A program made the position numbers and the translations under genes. A model generated the notes under the pieces. It searched no databases. It was not told where the DNA came from and saw nothing but the letters and a program-made list of their open reading frames with translations. From positions 704,001-768,000 of the forward strand of contig CAXXTB010000001.1 of NCBI GenBank assembly GCA_963676795.2: DNA of 64,000 bases, in the 5' to 3' direction. Below, piece by piece: positions 58,150 through 64,000 of this stretch. The stretch's first letter is position 1. Each line of letters begins with the position of its first letter. The stretch comes from Geopsychrobacteraceae bacterium (GTDB taxonomy: Bacteria > Desulfobacterota > Desulfuromonadia > Desulfuromonadales > Geopsychrobacteraceae).

Positions 58150-58533
58150 TTATGCGCAACCACTGCAGGATGAACAGGATGTCGGCGCGCAGGCGCTTGT
58201 CGGGTTGACGGCATTCATCAGGATGGTGTTGATCTGGCCAAGCAGCTTGTCGTATGCTGCCGATGCCGCGAGGAATTCGCTGACCAGGCTATTTTGATCA
58301 ACAAGTTGCTTCTTTTCTTCAAACTTTCGTTTTCTGGCATCCGTCGCAGCACTGCTCTGGCCGCAGGTTGTCTCTTCAAGCCGTGCCTGCATGGCGAGGA
58401 ACTCTTCATAAAGAGTTTTTGCCTCAGCGTTGGCCATCAGCGCGTCTTCGGCAGCCTTCATGCGCGTCAGTTCGTCGGAGGCCTTGATGGCATCCGCCAA
58501 CGTCATTGTCAGATCTAAAACTTTGTTGCTCAT
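58150..58533 (-). CDS. YlbF/YmcA (Com_YlbF, Ric) family protein
   Basis: LADAIKASDE...N.LVSEFLAA...LL.QIN.IL helical pattern and Cys-rich tail CAPTSCSSCSGC. Confidence 0.75.
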   Translation of the reverse strand: MSNKVLDLTMTLADAIKASDELTRMKAAEDALMANAEAKTLYEEFLAMQARLEETTCGQSSAATDARKRKFEEKKQLVDQNSLVSEFLAASAAYDKLLGQINTILMNAVNPTSACAPTSCSSCSGCA

Positions 58534-58714
58534 GCGAAAAGTCCTTTCTTTTATTCGTCTCACAGAACCACGAAAATAAGGTAAATGGCGCAGATCTTCA
58601 ACTGAATAACGGATTGTTCAGCGGAAACAGGATGACCGGCACTGGACGAAACGAGTTAAAAATCGGGAATATTCCCGGATGCCCCGAGCTTCCGCGGCTG
58701 CAGTTGTGGTTCTT

Positions 58715-60571
58715 CTAGTCATCCTTGACATCGTGATTCCAGGCTTTGTCCAGTTCCTCCAGATCCTGGGTCAGGTCGAAGTTCATCAACTGCTCAAGAT
58801 CAGCGTTGTGCTGACGGTAGATGGAGACGTAATCGCCATCCCCGGCCCGGTGCGCCTGGTAGAGTTCAGGCATGATCCGTGCGTCATTTCTCTTGAAGAT
58901 CCTCATCAGCTTGTGCGTCTCGTAGGGATCGATGCCGAGCAGCTGCAGCGCCTGCTGGCCGAGCTCGACGGCGCTGCCGATGGTCTCGCGCTGGATGCCG
59001 GCAATCTCAAGATCCATCAGGTCGTAAACCGCGTTGCGATCTGCGGCCATTGCTGCGATCTTCAGGTGCGGATAGTGTTTTTTCACCAGTTCGATCAGCT
59101 CCCTGGAACGGTCGATGTCGCGCAGGGTGATCAGCAGCAGCTCCGCTTCCGCTGCCCCGGCCGATTCAAGCAGGTCAAGGCGGGATGCGTCACCGTAGTA
59201 GACCTCGTAGCCGAATTTGCGCAATACGTCGACGTTGGCCGGATCGTTGTCAAGAATGACCGGTTTGATTCCTGCAGTGATCAGGAAGCGACCGAGATCG
59301 GTGCCGATCCGGCCGAAACCGGCGAGAATTACCTTGTGACCGCTGCGGTCGATGCTGTCGTGGGCAGGTCCTTCCCCATCATCTTCCCCGCTTTTGCCGG
59401 TCAGTTTCTCATGGAGCAGGAACAGCAGCGGAGCCAGGAACATCGAGATGGCGACGGCGGAGATCAGCGGCTCGACGGTGGCGTTCGGCAGGACGCCGTT
59501 GGCCTTGGAGAACTGGAAGAGGACGAAGGCGAATTCTCCCCCTTGAGCCAGGGCGATGGCGAAAAGTGAACGCTGTTTCTTGGCCATCCTGAAGATCAGG
59601 CTGACGATAACCAGCACCAGCCATTTGAGAATAATCAGCGTCAGGGTCAGCGCGGCTATGAGCAGGATCTTGTTGCCGATCAGGGTGAAGTTGAGGCTGG
59701 CGCCGATGGCGATGAAGAAGATTCCGAGCAGCAGCCCCTTGAACGGTTCGATGTCGCTTTCCAGTTCATGGCGGTACTCGCTGTCGGCCAGGACGACCCC
59801 GGCGAGAAAGGTGCCCAGCGCCGGCGAGAGGCCGACGGCAATCATCAGCAGCGAGATGCCAACGACCAGGGCCAGTGCGGCGGCGACAAAGATCTCTCTG
59901 ACCCGTGTCGCGGCAATGGCACGGAAGACCGGGCGGCTGGCGTATTTGCCGATCAGGAAGATCAAGAGGATGGCCAGCAGGGTAACGACAATCCGCAGGT
60001 AGCCGGGCAGCACGGTCAGATCGACCAGCGCCGCACCATGGTGGCCGTCGTCATGGATGGCCAGGGTCGCCAGCAGCGGCAGCCCGGCGAGCATTGGGAT
60101 GACAGCCAGATCCTGAAACAGCAGGACCGAAAAGATCGAGCGGCCGCCGGAGGTGTTCATCAGCCCTTTTTCGCGCAGGGTCTGCAGGACGATGGCAGTT
60201 GACGACAGAGAAAGGGTCAGACCGATGGCGGTTGCTTCCTGCCAGGGGACGAAATAGCAGGCGACAGCGCCGATGACCAGGCTCGAGATCACCACCTGGG
60301 CACCGCCCATCCCCAGGATCGGGGTGCGCATCTGCCAGAGCAGTGAGGGCTTGAGTTCCAGGCCGACCAGAAAGAGCATCATGACGACACCAAATTCGGT
60401 GAAGTGCATCACCTCTTCGACCTCGCCGATCAGCGCCAGGCCAAAAGGGCCGATGACGATCCCGGCGATCAGGTAGCCGAGTACCGAGCCGAGTCCCAGT
60501 TTTTTAGCGACAGGGACGGCGATCGCCGCTGCGGCGAGGAAGATAAACAGCTGGAGGAGAAAATGTTCCAT
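58715..60571 (-). CDS. Kef-type K+ efflux antiporter (CPA2 + KTN), KefC/KefB-like
   Basis: [44 protein letters not shown] and YYGDASR motifs. Confidence 0.92.
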   Translation of the reverse strand: MEHFLLQLFIFLAAAAIAVPVAKKLGLGSVLGYLIAGIVIGPFGLALIGEVEEVMHFTEFGVVMMLFLVGLELKPSLLWQMRTPILGMGGAQVVISSLVIGAVACYFVPWQEATAIGLTLSLSSTAIVLQTLREKGLMNTSGGRSIFSVLLFQDLAVIPMLAGLPLLATLAIHDDGHHGAALVDLTVLPGYLRIVVTLLAILLIFLIGKYASRPVFRAIAATRVREIFVAAALALVVGISLLMIAVGLSPALGTFLAGVVLADSEYRHELESDIEPFKGLLLGIFFIAIGASLNFTLIGNKILLIAALTLTLIILKWLVLVIVSLIFRMAKKQRSLFAIALAQGGEFAFVLFQFSKANGVLPNATVEPLISAVAISMFLAPLLFLLHEKLTGKSGEDDGEGPAHDSIDRSGHKVILAGFGRIGTDLGRFLITAGIKPVILDNDPANVDVLRKFGYEVYYGDASRLDLLESAGAAEAELLLITLRDIDRSRELIELVKKHYPHLKIAAMAADRNAVYDLMDLEIAGIQRETIGSAVELGQQALQLLGIDPYETHKLMRIFKRNDARIMPELYQAHRAGDGDYVSIYRQHNADLEQLMNFDLTQDLEELDKAWNHDVKDD

Positions 60572-60573
60572 GT

Positions 60574-61176
60574 TTATGCCCCCCTGATGACAGCGTTCAG
60601 GTCGCTGTTGAGGTAGGGATAGTGCATGACCTGCTCCAGGTCGAGGGTCTCGTCGCGCAGGGCGATGACGGCGCGGCGGTAGGCTTCGGCGTGAACCCTG
60701 ATCTCTGCTTCGGGCAGCCCGCGATGGATGCCGAGCACGGTAAACGGGGGCAGATAGATCAGCTTGCAGACCTTGGCCATCGAGCGGTAGGGGGAAGTCA
60801 GCTCGGCGATGGTGAAGCCGTTGCCGCCTGTCTGCTGGCTGTAGTTGCCGCCGGCGGAGATCGCCTGGAGGAACAGCTTTCCCTTCAAACCGGTAGCCTG
60901 TGAACCGTAGGCCCAGCCGTGTTCAAGTACCAGGTCGAGCCATTCCTTCATGATCGCCGGGGTCGAATGCCAGTAGAAGGGGTGCTGGAAGATAATCACA
61001 TCGTGTTCGTCGCAGAGTCGCTGCTCCCGTTCGATGTCGATCAGAAAATCGGGGTAGTGGGTGTAGAGATCGTTGAGGGTCACCCCCTCAAGCCTTTCGA
61101 CGGCAGCACGCAGAGCGGAATTGATCTTAGACCGCGTGCGCGCCGGATGGGCGAAATTTATCAGAACTTTTTTCAT
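60574..61176 (-). CDS. KefF/KefG-like NAD(P)H oxidoreductase
   Basis: FAHP, FQHPFYW and [15 protein letters not shown] motifs; directly upstream of the Kef antiporter. Confidence 0.9.
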   Translation of the reverse strand: MKKVLINFAHPARTRSKINSALRAAVERLEGVTLNDLYTHYPDFLIDIEREQRLCDEHDVIIFQHPFYWHSTPAIMKEWLDLVLEHGWAYGSQATGLKGKLFLQAISAGGNYSQQTGGNGFTIAELTSPYRSMAKVCKLIYLPPFTVLGIHRGLPEAEIRVHAEAYRRAVIALRDETLDLEQVMHYPYLNSDLNAVIRGA

Positions 61177-61208
61177 GATCTACCTTAACTGCCTGGTGAA
61201 TGGGTGTT

Positions 61209-61736
61209 TCAGGCGGAGAATTGCCGTACATATTCATACATGACGATTGACGAGGCGATCGACACGTTCAGACTCTGGACACTGCCAAACTGGGGAATGA
61301 TCAGGATGTTGATGCCGGGATAGTCCTCTTGCGGGTAGCTGCAGCCGAATTCTTCATGGCCGAGGATGAAGGCGCTTTTGGCCGGAAGTTCGCTCCGGCA
61401 GAGGGTGGTGCCGTTCTCAGGGTTGAGCTGGAAGAAGCTGTACCCCTCCGCGGCCAGTTGCTCATAGCAGCTGGCGAAGTCATCGTGAAAAACCGCCGGA
61501 ACCTTGCGGAAGGAGCCTTTAGCCGGGGCCGGGTCGAAGGGGCCGATGTTGATCAGGTGGACGGCGGCGGCACCGAAGGCTTCGGCGCTGCGGAAGATCT
61601 TGGGCACGTTGTAGCTGCTTTTGAGCTGATCGAGAATCAGTACAAACTGGTGCTGGCCCGCTGTGGCGAGGATATTCTTGCGGCGTTCTTTTTCATAACG
61701 CAACAGCATGTTGCGGCGGTCCATCTGTCTGCTCAT
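61209..61736 (-). CDS. TrmH/SpoU-family RNA methyltransferase
   Basis: N..KIFRSAEAFG, LGHEEFG and IPQFGSVQSLNVS motifs. Confidence 0.88.
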   Translation of the reverse strand: MSRQMDRRNMLLRYEKERRKNILATAGQHQFVLILDQLKSSYNVPKIFRSAEAFGAAAVHLINIGPFDPAPAKGSFRKVPAVFHDDFASCYEQLAAEGYSFFQLNPENGTTLCRSELPAKSAFILGHEEFGCSYPQEDYPGINILIIPQFGSVQSLNVSIASSIVMYEYVRQFSA

Positions 61737-61825
61737 GGTGAAATTCACTTCTGACTGATTTACAGGGATTTGACAATCAGAGTAAGATACCCCATTACGC
61801 TAAAGTAATCGAGTACGGATTCTTC

Positions 61826-62311
61826 ATGATAAAAATCGGACTGACCTACCTTGTGCTGGTCGCAATCGCTTACCTGCTGCTCTGGGCACGTGATAGACAA
61901 AAGATCGCCACCTCGCTGAAAGTCGCCAGAACCAATCTGGCCAGGATGCTGCCGCTGCTGCTGGCGATCTTCGGCTTGATTGGACTGTTTCAGGAGTTCG
62001 CTCCGCCCGACCTGGTCTCCCGCTACTTAAGCGCCTCAAGCGGAGCTCTGGCCCTGTTGATCAGCACCCTGGCCGGATCGGTGTCCATCGGACCGCCCCT
62101 GGCGGCTTACCCGATTGCCGAGACATTGCTCGCGTCAGGGGCCTGGCCACCAACCATCGCCGCCTTTATTCTCAGCTGGATCACTGTGGGGGTGATTACC
62201 CTGCCGTTCGAGGCCACGGTGTTCAGCTGGCGTTTCGCCCTGATGCGTAACGGCATCAGTTTTGTGATGGCCATGGTCAGTGGCCTGCTGCTCGGGGTGC
62301 TGTTATGGTGA
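61826..62311 (+). CDS. Predicted permease half (DUF318/ArsP-like)
   Basis: GPPLAAYPIA..LL..GA and ITLPFEATVFSWRFALMRN motifs. Confidence 0.75.
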   Translation: MIKIGLTYLVLVAIAYLLLWARDRQKIATSLKVARTNLARMLPLLLAIFGLIGLFQEFAPPDLVSRYLSASSGALALLISTLAGSVSIGPPLAAYPIAETLLASGAWPPTIAAFILSWITVGVITLPFEATVFSWRFALMRNGISFVMAMVSGLLLGVLLW

Positions 62312-62814
62312 AGAAATATCTGCGCACCTACTGGTTATTGCTTCTGACCGTTGCGATCTATCTCTGGTGTTTTGCCGTCACCCCGGAACGGGCCGAACGT
62401 GCCCTTTTCAGTGGTGTGAAAACCTTCGGCTCGGTACTGATGCTGATTCTGGCGGTATTCTGTTTGATCGGCCTGTTGCAGGTGTGGATCAGCCGCGAGC
62501 AGATCGTCAGGGTCCTGGGGCAGAATTCGGGTTTCAAGGGGCTGGGGATTGCAGTTCTCTGCGGGGCATTTCTGATGGGGCCACCCTACATCATCTTTCC
62601 GCTGCTGCTGCAGATCAGAGAGCAGGGTGCACGCTGGGCCGTGGTTGTCACGGTATTAAGCTGCTATGCGGTCAAGCTGCAGATGCTTCCCGTCGAGGCC
62701 CAGTTTCTCGGCTGGGGTTTTACCCTGCTGCGTTCGCTGATCATCGTGGTGATTGCGATTCCGGTGGGGCTGTTGATCGAGAGGATCATGGAGAGAAGCG
62801 AGACGCGGCTGTAA
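62305..62814 (+). CDS. Predicted permease half (DUF318/ArsP-like)
   Basis: GPPYIIFPLL....GA and MLPVEAQFLGWGF..LR motifs; overlaps the upstream paralog. Confidence 0.75.
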   Translation: MVKKYLRTYWLLLLTVAIYLWCFAVTPERAERALFSGVKTFGSVLMLILAVFCLIGLLQVWISREQIVRVLGQNSGFKGLGIAVLCGAFLMGPPYIIFPLLLQIREQGARWAVVVTVLSCYAVKLQMLPVEAQFLGWGFTLLRSLIIVVIAIPVGLLIERIMERSETRL

Positions 62815-62849
62815 TTGTTCTTAACGCTTGATTCAATGCTGCAAGAATT

Positions 62850-63281
62850 GAAACAGCTAGCGGCTGTTTCTCCGGTTCAGCCCGTTGATGAGCTCGCACA
62901 TCTTGGGGCGCGAATAATTTCGCTGGTGCTAGCCTACGAAGAAGCGCAGGCAATCTTTCGACAATATAAGAAGGGCGTTTTTTCTTCCTTTTGGAGCCCA
63001 GGCCAAAAGGAGGGCGCCGTGCGGGGGCGCGCCCCCGTGGTTTTTATTTTTTAGAACCTAACAGTCAAAACCGTCGGTTCCCGCACCGACAGGCGACATC
63101 CTTTCTTTTTGCGAAAAGAAAGGATGCAAAGAAACGCTGACGTCAACGGCAGCGTTGATAGCTTGTCCGATCTTTGCTGCGTAGCGTTGAGCCCGCAACC
63201 CTGTTCACGCTCAGACGAGTCGCTACGCGTCTCGATTCGCGCCACCGCAAAGCCGGTTCCCGGCTTGATGACATGAAACAA
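62850..63281. repeat. ~430-bp structured dispersed repeat, copy B (inverted relative to copy A)
   Basis: Reverse complement aligns along its length with 3006-3445. Confidence 0.85.
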
Positions 63282-63284
63282 GCG

Positions 63285-63824
63285 TTACCAGTTGTCGTAA
63301 TGGACAAACTCCTCCAGCGCCTTGCGCCCTTTAGGGGGATTGTCCTCGGCCGGGTAGCCGACGGCGATGATGCCGATGACGTACTTGTCATCGGGAATCT
63401 GCAGTGCCGGTCTGATTCTGCTCTGTTCGAAGCGCGCGACCCAGCAGGTGCCCAGTCCCTGGTTGACCGCCTCGAGAACCAAGTGAGTGACGGCAACCGT
63501 GGTGTCGCGGATGATCAGTTTGACCACCTTTTCAGGGGACTCTTCATCGACCTGGACCTCGACATCGGGGGCGACCCTCGATCGAACGTCGGCGACGCAG
63601 ACGATCAGTGCTGCGGCATCCTGCATCCAGCTCTGTCCATAGCAGATCTCGACAAGCTCTGTCTTGGTCTCCGGTCTGCGGACGACGACAAAATGCCAGG
63701 GCTGGGCATTGCTTCCCGAAGGCGCCAGACGGGCGCTTTCAAGAATCTCTATCAGCACCTCGTCCGGGACCACTTTCTCTTCAAATTTTCGGGTACTTTT
63801 TCTCTCGGCAATCGCTTTGATCAT
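63285..63824 (-). CDS. Nitroreductase-family protein
   Basis: RKSTRKF, APSGSNAQPW, GLGTCWV and GYP motifs. Confidence 0.92.
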   Translation of the reverse strand: MIKAIAERKSTRKFEEKVVPDEVLIEILESARLAPSGSNAQPWHFVVVRRPETKTELVEICYGQSWMQDAAALIVCVADVRSRVAPDVEVQVDEESPEKVVKLIIRDTTVAVTHLVLEAVNQGLGTCWVARFEQSRIRPALQIPDDKYVIGIIAVGYPAEDNPPKGRKALEEFVHYDNW

Positions 63825-63863
63825 AAAGTTCTCCTCGGTTCGGAGCCTACCCGTTTTTGAGCA

Positions 63864-64000
63864 TTACTCCGGAAAGTAGCTGCAGCAGTAATCGCTGACT
63901 TCTTTGACCTTGAGCTGAAACTTGGAGTTGGCCGGTACTTCGAACTGCTCACCTGCCTTGACGGTGATCCACTCCTGACCCGGGAGCTGAACATCCATCT
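63864..64000 (-). CDS. ppnP: Pyrimidine/purine nucleoside phosphorylase (DUF1255), 5' end off the window
   Basis: Manual translation ...[48 protein letters not shown]. Confidence 0.85.
   Translation of the reverse strand, partial: MDVQLPGQEWITVKAGEQFEVPANSKFQLKVKEVSDYCCSYFPE

Noticed and set aside
62305..62311. Sec read-through at other TGA stops (e.g. the first permease half, DUF2892)
   Set aside because: The next gene is in a different frame or no coding sequence follows, and there is no Cys-type motif or SECIS-like hairpin.

Overview
Bacterial chromosomal window, most likely from a Desulfuromonadales deltaproteobacterium (inferred from gene content and style; not provable from sequence alone). 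The backbone is housekeeping: tRNA-Pro, yigZ, lspA-ileS, elyC, a JAB-DinG helicase, radC, sucCD, tal, folK, glgC, a TRAP transporter, dsbC, a U32 protein, htpX, a Kef system and ppnP. It is interrupted by accessory patches and a cluster of three decayed IS elements (about 12.0-15.0 kb). Main highlights: (1) a MarR, porin, Tat-exported AprA/SdhA-like flavoprotein, AprB-like ferredoxin and dedicated tatA cluster that looks like an uncharacterised periplasmic oxidoreductase; (2) a stand-alone PrdB/GrdB-like selenoprotein hidden as two ORFs, with an in-frame UGA in a U-x-x-C motif and a SECIS-like hairpin, preceded by an unrecognised ~190-nt RNA; (3) two diverged copies of a ~440-bp non-coding element with compensatory base changes and a head-to-head two-module design; (4) a yybP-ykoY (Mn2+) riboswitch upstream of htpX; (5) a sigma54-driven REC-PATAN-Roadblock fusion with an internal start site; (6) a PhlG/phloretin-hydrolase-like gene with LysR, MarR and FUSC neighbours. 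No CRISPR array or rRNA was seen. All family assignments come from motif recognition by eye, not from database searches.
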